This document shows, piece by piece, positions 1-12,461 of a DNA stretch of 64,000 bases. Location of the stretch: positions 58,914-122,913 of the forward strand of contig JADKJB010000013.1 in assembly GCA_016722525.1 (NCBI GenBank), read 5' to 3'. Source of the DNA: Bacteroidota bacterium. GTDB lineage: Bacteria; Bacteroidota; Bacteroidia; AKYH767-A; OLB10. A program made the position numbers and the translations under genes. Under the pieces are notes generated by a model. It was not told where the DNA came from. It did no database searches and saw nothing but the letters and a program-made list of their open reading frames with translations. Positions within the stretch are counted from its first letter, which is position 1; each line of letters begins with the position of its first letter.

Positions 1-2562
1 AGCAATGCCGGGTTGTTTAAATTGGATTTAAAGCAAATGACTACACCAAATCCGGTTTTAGTTTGGTTCAGTAAAAAAAACAACCGGTTGAGCAATACTT
101 CAGTTACTGCCATTGCAATTGATCAGTCAGGAAATGTGTGGACCGGAGGAAGAAATGGCATTGATTTAATAAGTTATCCGGGTGAAAATATAAGAAACTT
201 ATCTGTTTCAGGAAGTTTACAAAGAGGTATGGCCAGCAATTTGGTTTCTGTTCTTTTTAGTGCCTCCAATGGAGATCTCTGGATCGGATATGCCGATAGA
301 GGAATTCAAGTGGTTAGAAACACAACTCCCTCAAGACCTGTTTCTGATACCATTTCTTTTGAACGTATCAATACAGTTTCAACTATAAGTACACTTTCCA
401 AAGGCAATGCTATTTCGTTTTATGAAGATCGTATTACTAATGGTGTAATTTGGACGGGGTTCAACGCAGGCGGAGTGGTAAGATTGGTTCCTGTTACCAA
501 GAATTTCATTACTAATAACCTTACCGCATCTCCTTTGCCATCACCTTTTGTTACCACAATTATCAAGCAAAATGATGACAACATTTGGATTGGTACTCCT
601 TCCGGATTGCTGAGTTATAACAGATCAACTAAAAAATATATACTGGTGTCGCCATCAAATCATGTGGAGAAACCTGTCAATGAAGAATACATCAATGGTT
701 TGGTTTTATCCAGAGACAATAAAGTAATTTTTGGAACTGGCAAATATCTGTATAAGGTAACAAAAATTAATGATCGGATGATTGCGTCCCCGACAGAATT
801 GCCTGATGACATTGATGGTAATAGTCTGCGCACCATTGTAACTGATAATGCAGGAAACATTTACATTGTAATGTTGTATAGTATTTATAAGTTTGATCCT
901 GTACTGAATGTATTCACTCCCGTTATGAGAATTCAGGATCAGAATAAACTTAAGGACCGATCATTTTATCTCAGTTGTTATTATATTGATCTTTCGGGAA
1001 ACCATTGGCTGGGTACCTCTGGAGGTCTTGAATATTTCCCTAAAACTTCAACACAAGCAACTCCGGATTTTACAAAGCCTGTTTCTTACATTCATCAACA
1101 GCAAGACACGAACAGCTTACGTAACCAGAGTATTCTTTGCATTGCCGAAGATAAGAATCAAAATATATGGCTGGGTACCATGAATGGATTAACGCGTGTT
1201 GTTGTGGAAAAAGGTAAGAATCGGTTTTTAAATTACTCTACATTAAATGGATTGAAAAATAATGTAATATATGCCATAATTCCGGATCAAAAAACGGGTC
1301 ACTTGTGGTTGAGCACAAACAACGGCCTTACAGAATTTGATCCTAACGGAATTGCTGTTGCTAATTATGATGTTCATGACGGATTGCAGAGTAATGAATT
1401 CAATAGTTATGCCTCCTACAAAGCACCTGATGGTGAAATGTTTTTTGGTGGGATAGAAGGTTATACTTCATTTTATCCTGAACAGATTAAACTTGATCTT
1501 ACTCCGCCATTAATTTCAATTACAAGTATTATTCTGAATGGAAACAGACTTGTAAATCTTGCTGAGTATCAGCAATCCAACACGATTGACTTAAAGTACA
1601 AGGACAATTCCTTCACAGTAAATTTTATTGGATTGCATTATGCCGATCCACAAAAAAATCAATACGCCTATAGATTAGAGGGTTTTCAAAGTGACTGGAT
1701 TTATTCCGGAAGTTCAACACAAGTCAATTTTTCACAATTGCCGCCCGGCAATTATGTCTTCAAAGTCAAAGCAGCCAACAGTGATGGCATCTATAATAGC
1801 GAAGGAGCCATGTTTGTCATTAACATTAAGCCACCTTTTTATAAAACAATTTGGTTTTACCTGATTATTGCTGTTTTCATTGCTGGGGTGCTGTGGGGCT
1901 TGCATAAGTATCGTTTAAGTATGAAACTGGAACAAGTGAAGGAAGTGGAGAAAATTAGACGAGCCACAGCAGCTGATTTTCATGATGAACTCGGACATAA
2001 ACTCACTATTATTTCCTGGTTTGCAGAAATATTGAAAAATAAAATTGGCATAGATCAAAAAGAATTGAGACCTCATTTGGATAAAATAATTGATACTTCG
2101 GGTACTTTGTATCACACTATGAAAGATATGTTGTGGGCGATGGATCCCGATAAAGATTCAATATATGATTTGTATTCTCAAATCAGGGAATTTGGACAGG
2201 AACTTTTTGATAGTACAGGAGTATTGTTTGATGCCGGAAAAATATCTGAGGATTTAAAAAACGAAATAATTTCTCCAGCTGCTAAACGGCATGTATTGCT
2301 TATATTTAAAGAAGTAATGCATAATAGTTTGAAACATGCCCATAGCACCCAAACTCATCTTGAATTAGTTAAAGAGACCAATTTCATTAAATTCCGCTTT
2401 CGTGATAATGGATCCGGCTTTAAAATGAATGGCCATAATGTGGGCCATGGTCTGAATAATGTGAAACGAAGAGCGCTGTTGATTGACGCACATATTGATA
2501 TACATTCTGAAGGAACCGGTACAGTTGCAGAACTCGACCTCTCCCTCGAAAACTTAAACTGA
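1..2562 (+). CDS. Sensor histidine kinase with periplasmic two-component-regulator beta-propeller repeats, Y_Y_Y domain, TM helix, HisKA_3 and HATPase_c. The 5' end runs off the window.
   Basis: Frame 1 is open from base 1. Recurrent propeller-blade motifs are present (IWIGT.SGL, NIWLGTMNGL, HLWLSTNNGL). The Y_Y_Y-like region is YAYRLEGFQSDW...PPGNYVFKVKA and the TM segment is IWFYLIIAVFIAGVLWGL. The H-box is FHDELGHKLT, and the ATPase boxes are HNSLKHA, DNGSGF and GHGLNNVKRRA. Confidence 0.9.
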   Translation, partial: SNAGLFKLDLKQMTTPNPVLVWFSKKNNRLSNTSVTAIAIDQSGNVWTGGRNGIDLISYPGENIRNLSVSGSLQRGMASNLVSVLFSASNGDLWIGYADRGIQVVRNTTPSRPVSDTISFERINTVSTISTLSKGNAISFYEDRITNGVIWTGFNAGGVVRLVPVTKNFITNNLTASPLPSPFVTTIIKQNDDNIWIGTPSGLLSYNRSTKKYILVSPSNHVEKPVNEEYINGLVLSRDNKVIFGTGKYLYKVTKINDRMIASPTELPDDIDGNSLRTIVTDNAGNIYIVMLYSIYKFDPVLNVFTPVMRIQDQNKLKDRSFYLSCYYIDLSGNHWLGTSGGLEYFPKTSTQATPDFTKPVSYIHQQQDTNSLRNQSILCIAEDKNQNIWLGTMNGLTRVVVEKGKNRFLNYSTLNGLKNNVIYAIIPDQKTGHLWLSTNNGLTEFDPNGIAVANYDVHDGLQSNEFNSYASYKAPDGEMFFGGIEGYTSFYPEQIKLDLTPPLISITSIILNGNRLVNLAEYQQSNTIDLKYKDNSFTVNFIGLHYADPQKNQYAYRLEGFQSDWIYSGSSTQVNFSQLPPGNYVFKVKAANSDGIYNSEGAMFVINIKPPFYKTIWFYLIIAVFIAGVLWGLHKYRLSMKLEQVKEVEKIRRATAADFHDELGHKLTIISWFAEILKNKIGIDQKELRPHLDKIIDTSGTLYHTMKDMLWAMDPDKDSIYDLYSQIREFGQELFDSTGVLFDAGKISEDLKNEIISPAAKRHVLLIFKEVMHNSLKHAHSTQTHLELVKETNFIKFRFRDNGSGFKMNGHNVGHGLNNVKRRALLIDAHIDIHSEGTGTVAELDLSLENLN

Positions 2563-2564
2563 TT

Positions 2565-3191
2565 ATGATAAAAGTTGCATTAGTTGACGATAACCATGAC
2601 CTTCGGGAAGGGTTGCAAATTGTTATTAAAGAACATAACGATGAATTTGAATGTATCGGTTCTTTTGCGGATGCAGAATCGGCCGTAAAAAAAATTCCTG
2701 AAATCAAACCGGATGTGGTTTTAATGGATATTAATTTACCCGGCATGAGCGGAGTAGATTGCCTGAAGCAATTGAAATTAAAAATGCCTGATCTGGATAT
2801 TATCATGCTCACCGTTTTTGCCGACGATGAAACAGTATTTGATTCCTTATGTGCCGGGGCTTGCGGATACATTACAAAAAATACATCTCCCGAAAAAATT
2901 CTGGATGCAATACGGGATGTCCGCGATGGTGGCGCTCCTATGAGTGGTCGCATTGCTCGCATGGTGGTCACTTCTTTCAACGCTCCACCAACCTCCTCCG
3001 CCCACTTGACCGATCGTGAGCGTGAAGTGCTTGATCAGTTGTGTAAGGGGAAAAGCTATAAAATGGTGGCCGACGCTTTAAGTATCACTCACGATACGGT
3101 ACGGCACCACATAAAAAATATTTATAAAAAATTGGAGGTGCATTCTGTTTCTGAAGCAATTCTTAAAACAATGAAGAAGAAATTGTTTTAA
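2565..3191 (+). CDS. Response regulator, NarL/LuxR family (REC + LuxR-type HTH)
   Basis: The start lies 3 nt after the kinase stop. The receiver motif is VVLMDINLPGMSG and the C-terminal HTH is LTDREREVLDQLCKGKSYKMVADALSITHDTVRHHIKNIYKKLEV. Confidence 0.93.
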   Translation: MIKVALVDDNHDLREGLQIVIKEHNDEFECIGSFADAESAVKKIPEIKPDVVLMDINLPGMSGVDCLKQLKLKMPDLDIIMLTVFADDETVFDSLCAGACGYITKNTSPEKILDAIRDVRDGGAPMSGRIARMVVTSFNAPPTSSAHLTDREREVLDQLCKGKSYKMVADALSITHDTVRHHIKNIYKKLEVHSVSEAILKTMKKKLF

Positions 3192-3379
3192 CGCTTTTTG
3201 TGAAAGGAAATTAACCGAAGAAAACTTCTCACAGAATAATTAATGGATACTCCTTAAAAGTGAATAGTAGAGGTTTGAAAGGAAAAATATCTTTCTTCTT
3301 TTGTTCTTTATTTAGTGTAAAAGTCAGACAATGTTCACCAGATCGTTATTGTTTTGATTCTCAATAATGGGTCGGTCTG

Positions 3380-5816
3380 CTATCCTTTCCGGATCACGGC
3401 GCCTAGTTTGTTTTCAAAATTCTCCATCAGTCGTTGCATTACTTTATCAATTTCTTTATCGGTTAATGTTTTCTCATCATCACGCAACACAAAACTTAGG
3501 GCATAAGATTTTTTATTCAGACCAATTTTTTCTCCCTCATAAACATCAAATAAATTTACGTCCTTCAATATCTTACGATCTGTTTCATAGGCCAGGTTTT
3601 CCAGCGATTGATATTGAATGCTTTTATCAAGAACCATCGACAAATCACGTTTTACTTCCGGAAATCTGGGTGGTTCAAGGATGCTTGGTGGTGCAACAAC
3701 AATCATTTTTTCAACTGTATCAAGATTAATATCTGCATACCAGATATTGCCATCAAATCAAATTTTTGAGTATTTTCTTAGGTACTTTTCCAATTTTGGC
3801 TACTTCTTTTTGCCGGATACCAATACCATTTCCATTTCTAATTGACCGTTTTCACCCGGCAGCCATTTTGCTTTGTCTTTTCGTAATCCTGCTACCAGCA
3901 TTACATTCTCCACAATCGACTTAAGATAAAAGACAGCGTATTCCACCTGTTTTACTTCCCAATGTGCTTTAGTGCGAAACCCTGTTAACAGCAAGGCCAA
4001 TCTATTGGTTTCTTTATATCCTTCTGTATTTTTTAAGTACGTTTTTCCATATTCAAATAATCTAAGATCATTTCGTTTCCGGTTACGGTTGTAAATCGCT
4101 ATGTCTAAAAGCGGTTGCAGCATAGAAGGGCGAAGAATATTCAGATCCTGACTCAATGGATTTTTTATTCTGGCAAAAGTTGTTTCTTCTTCATCGTAAA
4201 CTCCTGATCGAGTTAGTGAATTCGATAACACTTCCATAAAACTATTCGCCACCAAATAATCGGCTACTTTGTTCCTCACTTTTTCAAGCAGGGGAGAGGT
4301 AGCGTTGGGAAGTGATGAATTTAATTTTGAAGGTAGCAGGAATTTTATCATAACCATAAATGCGAAGTATTTCTTCAATCACATCCGCTTCCCGCATCAC
4401 ATCCACTCTATAAGGTGGTACTTCGAGCTGAAGCAGGCCACCCTTTTCTGAAATTAACTTTATATCCAGCCAGGTTAAAATTTGTTGAATGGTGCTAACA
4501 TCAAGATGAACACCTGTTAATTTTTTGAAATTTAAAACTGATAATTCAACTTTCCAGTCTTTAACAGGATGAGGATAAATATCCAATAGCTGAGAAGTGA
4601 TGGTTCCTCCTGCAATTTCTGTTATTAACAAGGCAACTCTTTTTAATGCAGTAACTGTTATATTAGGATCGGTACCTCTTTCAAATCTAAATGATGCATC
4701 TGTTTTAAGCCCGTGTAATTTAGATGTTTTTCTTACTGAAACTGCATCAAAGCATGCGCTTTCGATAAACAATTCGGTGGTGTTTTCATTCACCCCCGAG
4801 TTGAATCCCCCAAAAACACCTGCTATACACATTGGCCCATTGCTGTCGCAGATCATTAATTCCGAGCCTTCCAGTTTTCTTTCAATGCCATCCAGTGTAA
4901 TAAATTTGGATGCCGGATCTGGTTTTTTTACGATGATTTGTTGATTGCTGATTTTAGCGGCATCAAACGCATGTAATGGTTGACCAAGTTCAAAGAGTAC
5001 ATAATTGGTGCAATCAACTACATTATTTATTGGCTTCAGACCTATCGATTTTAGTGAATTCTGCAGCCATTCCGGTGACGGTCCAACTTTTATTCCGTCA
5101 ATATGTATACCTGAATATCGGGTACAGGCTTCACTTTCAATTTTAACTGTAATGACAGGTGCTGCTAAAGGTGTTTTAAAAGCACTGGTATCGGGCCAAT
5201 GTATGGATTTTGTTTGTTTTTTATTTGTGAGTGTCAGTGTGTTTAAAACTGCACAGAGATCTCTTGCTACTCCAATATGTGAAGCTGCATCTGGTCTGTT
5301 TGGTGTTAGTCCAATACTTAAAGTGTAATCGTTGTCGATTTTAAAATAATCCGCTGCAGGTGTGCCTGGAATTGCTGTCGTGTCAAGTACAATAATTCCG
5401 GCATGACTTTCACCGAGTCCAATTTCATCCACAGCGCATAACATACCTTCTGAAGCTTCTCCGCGTATTTTAGATTTTTTAATTTCAAAAGGTTCTCCTT
5501 TCAAAGGAAATAAAATAGTACCGGGAACAGCCACCACTACTTTTTGCCCAACAGCAACATTCGGTGCACCACACACTATTTGTGAAATTATTCCACCTCC
5601 TACATTTACTGTTGTTACTGTAAGCCTATCTGCGTTAGGATGCTGGGTGGCTGTAAGTACTTCTCCAATCAACAAGCCTTTGAGCCCGCCTTTTACTGAT
5701 TCAAATGGTTCAATTCCCTCCACTTCCAAACCGCATCCGGTAAGCAGAACTGCAATTTCCTCGGGCGATTGATCAACATCAATGTACTTCTTTAGCCAAT
5801 TGTAAGATATATTCAT
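3380..5816 (-). pseudogene. pheT: Phenylalanine--tRNA ligase beta subunit, reading frame broken about 3 times as sequenced
   Basis: Three minus-strand ORFs (5837-4284, 4378-3800, 3706-3380) together form one PheT. The N-terminus is MNISYNWLKKYID with a tRNA-binding domain, followed by B3/B4 and B5/core, then a C-terminal FDX-ACB domain (PRFPEVKRDLSMVLD). Breaks fall at T4 4343-4346, T5 3807-3811 and about 3755-3767. The likely start is the ATG at 5816. Confidence 0.9.
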
Positions 5817-5834
5817 AACTCTTTCTTGATCTGG

Positions 5835-5842
5835 CAAAGGTA
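5835..5842 (-). promoter_or_regulatory. Bacteroidota-type -7 box (TACCTTTG) upstream of pheT
   Basis: The plus strand reads CAAAGGTA, which is TAnnTTTG on the minus strand. It ends 19 nt upstream of the pheT ATG. Confidence 0.45.
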
Positions 5843-5936
5843 AAAAATTGAATGGGGAAGGATTAGAAATTTATGGTACGTCAAATTTCTTTTTATCATT
5901 GACAATCAAATAGATGCAACTATTTCAACAAATTTT

Positions 5937-6816
5937 TCATTTCAATTTTTTAGCTGAATCATAAAACACTCCAAAGAGTAACTCATTGCGGTACTGCATT
6001 TTTAAGGACACTAACGGATCATAAACCAATTTTACGTCGGCGCGTAATTGAAAACATTTCCAGATGGTATAATTAATTTTATTCGATACATCTAATTCAA
6101 AATATTCTCTTTGAAATCCTTTTATGAAAAATTTTGCCGTACTGTTCATTGCTAGTTTTTCAGTCAGCTCGTTGGATGTTAGGGCTTGAGTTGAAACACC
6201 ATAATCAAAAATCAATTTCCCACGAGGTAAATTCCCTATTACATTTTTATTGGTTGTTGATTGTGATCGGATGATAGGTTCGGTTCTTAACCTTACTGTC
6301 GCTAATGAAACATTCAACATGGATTTTTTTCCAAAGGAGAGCCCTAACCCAAATCCGTTTTCGAAAGTTGCCGGATTCAAAATTGATCCTGCCCATTCCC
6401 GCTTTGTTTGCTTTATTACGGGATCAAAATAAGAAGTATAACTATTAAAAAGTTGTGTCGTGAATGACAATGTATAAGAATAATCGATAGTCCTTTTTAT
6501 TTTTCCACACATAATTGCAGTTCACCTTATCCGCATGCTTATTCCAAATGGAATCAATAAATTTTGTAAATCCCAGCTCAGTTTTTGCTGTGAAAAGCAG
6601 GTTGCTTTTTTCGTTGATTTTTGCCCTGTTAAAATCTACATCTAACGCTACCGATAAACTATTAAACGAAACTCCTTTCCAATTTTTTGAATTTGTAAAT
6701 GAGGAGGAAAGGCTGCAAAGTAGTTTGCGGGTTGCCGATTTAGTAGTATCATCAGCTACAGTTCCATGAACCTTAAAAGATATAAAAAAACCAAAAATTA
6801 AAAAATAAAATCTCAT
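5937..6816 (-). pseudogene. Putative outer-membrane beta-barrel protein (possibly DUF3078-like), one frame break as sequenced
   Basis: ORFs 6861-6445 and 6512-5937 overlap in different frames and read through as one protein. It has a signal peptide (MRFYFLIFGFFISFKVHG) and alternating aromatic/polar beta-strand character to the C-terminus. The break lies in T-runs at 6494-6504. The family call is tentative. Confidence 0.55.
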
Positions 6817-6987
6817 TACGATAAAATTAAAAATAGCATGAAATGTGAATTCTAAAAACAACTAAACTTCAAAATAGTTCTAATGCGTTTCAAAGAAACT
6901 GTGATAAAATAGGATGGCAGTTAAAAAAAATTACCCTGTCCATTTGCTTGTCCGACCAAAATAGAGCTGTTTCGATACTCACTCGGT

Positions 6988-7591
6988 TCAGCGAGTTTTA
7001 AAGAATTGTTTTTGTGACTCACTCCAGCAATCTTGCAAATCGGTATTTACAAATACCAATTCATATTTTATATTTTCGTTCTTGCTGAGTGAATCTAACC
7101 AAACGAGAGTTTTATTTTTTTGTAAATACATACCTTGCCATTTGGTAAATGTTATAAAGATATGAAAGTCGACAGCTTCCTTTTTAAGGTAATTAATTTT
7201 CTCACAACTGGTGGTGTTTAATAATTGATAAAAAGTGTCGATTGAATATTGATCTGACAGATGGTATTCATGTGTAGGATCAAGATAGGCAAGAAATAAC
7301 TCAGCCGGCCCGGAACAATTTGGTTTTAACGAATCTTTATAAGGAATAAATTTCCCATTTTTATCGAACACGAATACGTCCGGTGAATGAAATTGATCGT
7401 TTGCCTGCCAGCTTTCAAAAGCGCATGAATAAACCGGTGCTTCAGGTAATCCCATTTTTTCGTCCATTCCATTATGGATGTTGCTGTTTCGTAACGCGGA
7501 TTTTTACTCCGTAAATTAGTTTGATTACCGGCTGACATCCAGCCAGGTAAATTGAAATGCAAATCAAAGCCAGCTGAGTTATTTTTTTCAT
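6988..7591 (-). pseudogene. Hypothetical lipoprotein, two frame breaks as sequenced
   Basis: The ATG at 7591 gives MKKITQLALICISIYLAGC, a lipoprotein signal. Reading continues into ORFs 7562-7326 and 7467-6988 after breaks at T5 7501-7505 and T6 7455-7460. No family was recognised. Confidence 0.55.
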
Positions 7592-7625
7592 CTTTTAGTT
7601 TTAGATTAACTGGTTGATGTTCCTG

Positions 7626-8108
7626 TTATTTTACGGGTAAATAAACATAAATTATTCCGTTGATTTCAACGATCCGATGTTTACCGGAAGGAATTGTTTT
7701 TTGACCGGAAAATTCCAGTGACCGTGAAATTTCTAAAGGCATCGGAAAATCGTCTTCCATAATAAAGGATCCCGATTTGAAATACTTGTTATAGCATTCT
7801 GTCGTAACATCGGTTAACTTGTTTACCTGAAGCACTAAAGTGTTTTTAGAAACATCATCCTGGTACAGTACTCCATTGGCTTTGTTGCCGGATGTAGCGC
7901 GACCAGATACAGAAATATCACATATTCCAAAACCATCGCAATCTCTGCGTCGAGCAATGGTAATGCAAATTGATAATTTCGGTTTGATAAGAAAATTGTT
8001 TTCGTCAGGCGCAATGTTTAACTCATTGGGTTTTGCCAAAACGCAGGAAAGCGAAAGTTCGATAAGAACAAAAGCGGTTAATAAAAAAGATTTAATTGAA
8101 AATTTCAT
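7626..8108 (-). CDS. Hypothetical secreted protein
   Basis: The ORF has a signal peptide from the internal Met (MKFSIKSFLLTAFVLIELSLSCVLA). No recognisable family was found. The only evidence is an uninterrupted ORF with a signal-peptide N-terminus. Confidence 0.5.
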   Translation of the reverse strand: MKFSIKSFLLTAFVLIELSLSCVLAKPNELNIAPDENNFLIKPKLSICITIARRRDCDGFGICDISVSGRATSGNKANGVLYQDDVSKNTLVLQVNKLTDVTTECYNKYFKSGSFIMEDDFPMPLEISRSLEFSGQKTIPSGKHRIVEINGIIYVYLPVK

Positions 8109-8533
8109 GTTAAAAAGCATTTAAAAAATTTACTAAAAAAAATTGTTTCGCACACGAAGCCAGCGTTGGGGCTTTACTTGCCAGATTCATGGAATCATAC
8201 AAATACGTAAGTGGTGTTCTGGTTGTTCCCTCCTTCTTTAAGAAACCTGAGATGATTTAAACTTGCAAAACTTATTTACTTAAAAAATTGTTTAAAAATC
8301 AGAGGCTGATAAAACACTCTATAAATATTGCGACAAACTTACTAGTGTCCTTTAACTTTATCAAGTAGAATAAAAAATACTTTTCAACATTAGTGCATTG
8401 GACTCAAAAAGAAGTAAAATCTATGTCTGCGAGCAACCCACAACACACTGATAATCAGTTATTAGTATAAAATTATTTTTAATTATTAAATAGTTCGTAT
8501 CTTGTACCATTATTAATATATATCCTTCGATCA

Positions 8534-9640
8534 ATGAATCAAAAGTCACGTCAAATTTGTTGATAAAGATCAATCAAAATTTTACAAAACATTAAAACTT
8601 AGGGTTGATAATTATTTCGCAGAAAATGCTATTTCAAGAAATGCAAATGCTACAATGGTAATTAAAACTGTTGTTTTGCTTTTGTCCTATTTCGTTCCTT
8701 TTATAGTTCTATTACTGCTTCAACCCTCCTTTTTGGTAGCAAGCTTGCTCTGGCTAATGATGGGATTTGGTTTAGCCGGATTAGGCATGAGTATCATGCA
8801 CGATGCCAATCATGGTGCATACTCTGATAATAAAACAATCAATTATATTTTAGGACACACCTTAAGTTTTGCAGGTGGATCTGTTTTTAACTGGAAATTG
8901 CAACACAATATTTTGCACCATACCTACACGAATATTGTTCATATGGATGATGATATAGCTGACAAATTGGTGCTGAGATTTAATCCGCATACAAAAGTTA
9001 AAAAGTACCAGAGCATGCAATATATTTATGCATTTCTATTTTATGGAATACTTACTTTGTATTGGGTATTGCTTAAAGATTTTATTCAGTTTGCCAAGTA
9101 CACTAAGAATGGTGTAAACCCTGGGACTAAAAATGAAAATATTGCAACTGTATTTAGAATGATTGTGGTTAAACTGATTTATTTCGCTGCATTTATTGTG
9201 CTTCCAATTCAAATAGGAATACCGGTTTGGCAAGTGTTATCAGGGTTCATGATTATGCACTTTGCTGCAGGTATCATCCTTACAGTTGTATTTCAGCTGG
9301 CTCACACGGTTGAAGGTACTTCTCATCCACTTCCTAATGAATCGGGCGATATTGATAACTGCTGGGCTATTCATCAAATGAATACAACTGTTAATTTTTC
9401 AAAGGCAGCAAGTTTCTTACCTGGTATTTGGGTGGACTTAATTATCAAGTTGAGCATCACCTTTTTCCTCGCGTTTGTCATGTGCATTATCCCAACATCG
9501 CACCAATTGTTAAAGCAACCGCTGAAGAATATGGTATCCCCTATATGGAAAATAAAACTTTTGGTATTGCTTTTAAATCACACATGAATACATTGAAAAG
9601 ATTCGGAAAATTACCAGATATCAATGAGGCAATTGCTTGA
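8534..9640 (+). pseudogene. Membrane fatty-acid desaturase (acyl-lipid/acyl-CoA type), two frame breaks as sequenced
   Basis: Histidine boxes are present: HDANHG, HNILHH and, in the overlapping ORF at 9428, QVEHHLFP. The conserved N-terminus VKFVDKDQSKFYKTLKLRVDNYF is in frame with the 8655 ORF, but the ATG at 8534 is out of frame, with a break at A4 8541-8544. The second break is at A3 9401-9403. Confidence 0.85.
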
Positions 9641-9732
9641 TTGGTTCAAGATTTGTTGCTTCAAAAAAGATTTTGAGTAGTTTAATTTTCGGATAGATTT
9701 TCACCCTTTAAGCTCTAAAAAATATATCCCTG

Positions 9733-9765
9733 ACAGAATAAAAATTTATTCTGTTATTTTTTTTT
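9733..9765 (+). terminator. Rho-independent terminator after the desaturase
   Basis: The stem pairs ACAGAATAA (9733-9741) with TTATTCTGT (9746-9754) around a 4-nt loop. It is followed by TA and a T9 run, then C and T8. Confidence 0.6.
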
Positions 9766-10108
9766 CTTTTTTTTCTGGTTGCTGACCATTTCAAAAATTC
9801 GTTTCGCATGAGTGAAAAATGGCATTTTATCATCCACACTGCGATCAGTTAACAGTTTGCGAAAATATTCTCGCTGCAACTGTTCAATTTTTATAGTGTT
9901 TTTCATGTGCTTCATTTACCTCTTTACTACGAATTCAGGCCTCACTTTGTTTCTTTCAAAACGCCAATTCCATTTTATTGTTATTAAAATTTTACAACAT
10001 CATGTGGTTGTTTTTTAAAGAACCTGTTGAATTTGTATCTTGCAGTTCGGTATATACTACCAATTAATTGAATCAACTAATTAGTAATCAATAAAATATA
10101 TAATTAAA

Positions 10109-12376
10109 ATGGCCTTTGATATTGACATGATTGGTAAAGTTTACGCCGGTTTACCCGACCGTATAGCTGCCGCCCGTAAAATTCTTGGAAAACCTTTAAC
10201 ACTCACTGAGAAAATTCTTTATGCGCATTTAACACAAGGAAATGCTACTAAAGCTTTTGAACGCGGTGTTTCTTATGTCGATTTCAACCCCGATCGCGTA
10301 GCTATGCAAGATGCAACCGCTCAAATGGCTCTTTTGCAGTTTATGCAAGCAGGCCGTCCCAAGGTAGCAGTTCCTTCAACTGTGCATTGCGATCACCTGA
10401 TTCAAGCTAAAATTGGTGCTGTGGAGGATTTGCAAATAGCAAAAGACTCTAATAAAGAAGTATATGATTTTCTGGCCTCTGTTTCTAATAAATATGGAAT
10501 TGGTTTCTGGAAACCCGGAGCAGGAATTATTCATCAAGTGATACTTGAACAGTATGCTTTCCCCGGTGGTGTAATGATTGGTACCGATTCTCATACTGTA
10601 AATGCCGGCGGGCTTGGAATGATAGCAATTGGTGTAGGCGGTGCCGATGCCTGTGATGTTATGGCCGGCCTCCCTTGGGAACTCAAATTCCCTAAGTTGA
10701 TTGGTGTTAAATTAACCGGAAAACTCAGCGGTTGGTCATCAGCCAAAGATGTTATTTTAAAAGTTGCCGGAATACTTACTGTTAAAGGCGGTACCGGTGC
10801 TATTGTTGAGTATTTTGGTGATGGTGCCGACTCTCTTTCCTGTACCGGAAAAGGAACTATTTGTAATATGGGTGCTGAAATTGGTGCTACTACTTCAGTA
10901 TTTGGCTATGATATGAAAATGGCCGATTACCTTCGTTCAACAGCTCGCGCAGACGTAGCTGCAATGGCCGATAAAGTTGCCGAACATTTGAAGGGGGATG
11001 CTGAAGTTTATGCCAACCCGGAAAAATATTTTGATCAGGTAATTGAAATTAATCTTAGTTTGCTGGAACCTCATGTAAATGGCCCATTTACTCCGGATCT
11101 TGCCTGGCCAATATCAAAGTTTGCTGCTGCTGTTAAAGAGAACAACTGGCCTGCAAAACTCGACGTGGGCTTAATAGGTTCCTGTACCAATTCCTCTTAC
11201 GAAGATATTACTCGCGCTGCTTCTGTTGCAAAACAAGCCGTTGATAAAGGGCTGGTTGCGAAATCAGAATTCACCATTACTCCCGGTTCCGAACAAGTGC
11301 GTTTCACTGTAGAACGTGATGGTTATCTCAGCATTTTTGATAAAATGGGTGGGGTAGTCCTTGCCAATGCTTGCGGTCCATGCATTGGTCAATGGGCCCG
11401 CCATAATGCTGATAAAGGCGAACGAAATTCCATCATCACTTCCTTTAACAGAAACTTTGCGAAAAGAAATGATGGCAATCCTAATACCCACGCCTTTGTA
11501 GCCTCTCCTGAAATAGTTACGGCATTAGCTATAGCCGGTGATTTAACATTTAATCCAATCACCGATTTTCTTATCAGTGATAAAGGTGAAAAAATAAAAC
11601 TGGATGAACCCAAAGGAATTGAACTTCCTGAAAAAGGTTTTGATGTTGAAGATGCCGGATTTCAAGCTCCTGCTGCTGATGGTAGCAAAGTGACAATTTC
11701 TGTGGATCCTAAATCAACACGACTTCAATTACTTGATTCTTTTGTTGCCTGGGAAGGAACCGATGTGCATGGATTGAAATTACTTATAAAGGTGAAAGGA
11801 AAGTGTACCACCGATCATATTTCAATGGCTGGGCCCTGGTTAAAATTCAGAGGACACCTCGATAATATTTCGAATAATATGTTGATTGGTGCCATGAATT
11901 TTTTTAACGAAAAAACCGATTCTGTAAAAAATCAAATTACAGGCGAATACGGCCCTGTTCCCGCTACGCAACGTGTTTATAAAGCTGCAGGAATAGGTAG
12001 CATAGTGGTTGGTGACGAAAACTATGGCGAGGGATCTTCACGCGAACATGCAGCCATGGAACCCCGATTCCTTGGTGTCCGAGCTGTACTGGTGAAATCA
12101 TTTGCACGTATTCATGAAACCAATCTGAAAAAACAAGGGATGTTGGCTTTAACTTTCGCTGACAAATCGGATTACGATAAAATTCAGGAAGACGACACTA
12201 TCGATATTCTCGGCCTCACTTCATTTGCTCCGGGGGTGCCACTTACTCTTGAACTTAAGCATAAGAATAGTACCACTGATGTGATTAAAGTCAATCATAC
12301 ATACAATGAAGGCCAGATTGAATGGTTTAAAGCTGGCTCTGCATTGAATTTGATTAAGATGTCGTTGATTAATTAA
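10109..12376 (+). CDS. acnA: Aconitate hydratase (about 755 aa, mitochondrial-type, as is typical in Bacteroidota)
   Basis: Full-length intact ORF. Fe-S ligand and active-site motifs include [33 protein letters not shown] and [10 protein letters not shown]. Confidence 0.95.
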   Translation: MAFDIDMIGKVYAGLPDRIAAARKILGKPLTLTEKILYAHLTQGNATKAFERGVSYVDFNPDRVAMQDATAQMALLQFMQAGRPKVAVPSTVHCDHLIQAKIGAVEDLQIAKDSNKEVYDFLASVSNKYGIGFWKPGAGIIHQVILEQYAFPGGVMIGTDSHTVNAGGLGMIAIGVGGADACDVMAGLPWELKFPKLIGVKLTGKLSGWSSAKDVILKVAGILTVKGGTGAIVEYFGDGADSLSCTGKGTICNMGAEIGATTSVFGYDMKMADYLRSTARADVAAMADKVAEHLKGDAEVYANPEKYFDQVIEINLSLLEPHVNGPFTPDLAWPISKFAAAVKENNWPAKLDVGLIGSCTNSSYEDITRAASVAKQAVDKGLVAKSEFTITPGSEQVRFTVERDGYLSIFDKMGGVVLANACGPCIGQWARHNADKGERNSIITSFNRNFAKRNDGNPNTHAFVASPEIVTALAIAGDLTFNPITDFLISDKGEKIKLDEPKGIELPEKGFDVEDAGFQAPAADGSKVTISVDPKSTRLQLLDSFVAWEGTDVHGLKLLIKVKGKCTTDHISMAGPWLKFRGHLDNISNNMLIGAMNFFNEKTDSVKNQITGEYGPVPATQRVYKAAGIGSIVVGDENYGEGSSREHAAMEPRFLGVRAVLVKSFARIHETNLKKQGMLALTFADKSDYDKIQEDDTIDILGLTSFAPGVPLTLELKHKNSTTDVIKVNHTYNEGQIEWFKAGSALNLIKMSLIN

Positions 12377-12388
12377 AATTGAAATGAT

Positions 12389-12424
12389 AGCCGATAAGTT
12401 GTGATTCAACAATGTTTATCGGCT
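12389..12424 (+). terminator. Stem-loop after aconitase (weak terminator candidate)
   Basis: AGCCGATAA (12389-12397) pairs with TTATCGGCT (12416-12424). The loop is large and may form its own GTTG/CAAC stem. No clear T-tract follows. Confidence 0.35.
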
Positions 12425-12461
12425 GTCATTTACCATTCATCATTAATTTGACCAACTTGTT

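Noticed and set aside
2420-2980. A 186-aa minus-strand ORF.
   Set aside because: It is entirely antisense to the kinase 3' end and the response regulator, which have unambiguous domain signatures. It is a shadow ORF.
3367-3729. A 120-aa plus-strand ORF.
   Set aside because: It is antisense to the FDX-ACB C-terminal domain of pheT. It is a shadow ORF.
9754-9915. A 53-aa minus-strand ORF (MKHMKNTIKIEQLQREYFRKLL...NQKKKKKK) in the desaturase/aconitase gap.
   Set aside because: Its poly-Lys tail is simply the complement of the T9-C-T8 tract of the desaturase terminator, and its stop lies inside the terminator hairpin. No family is recognisable. In an assembly with homopolymer errors its frame is unreliable, so it is probably not a gene.
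9812-10018. A 68-aa plus-strand ORF upstream of aconitase.
   Set aside because: It has low-complexity, Phe/Leu-rich sequence typical of AT-rich non-coding DNA. It has no start context or homology, and it overlaps the opposite-strand small ORF.
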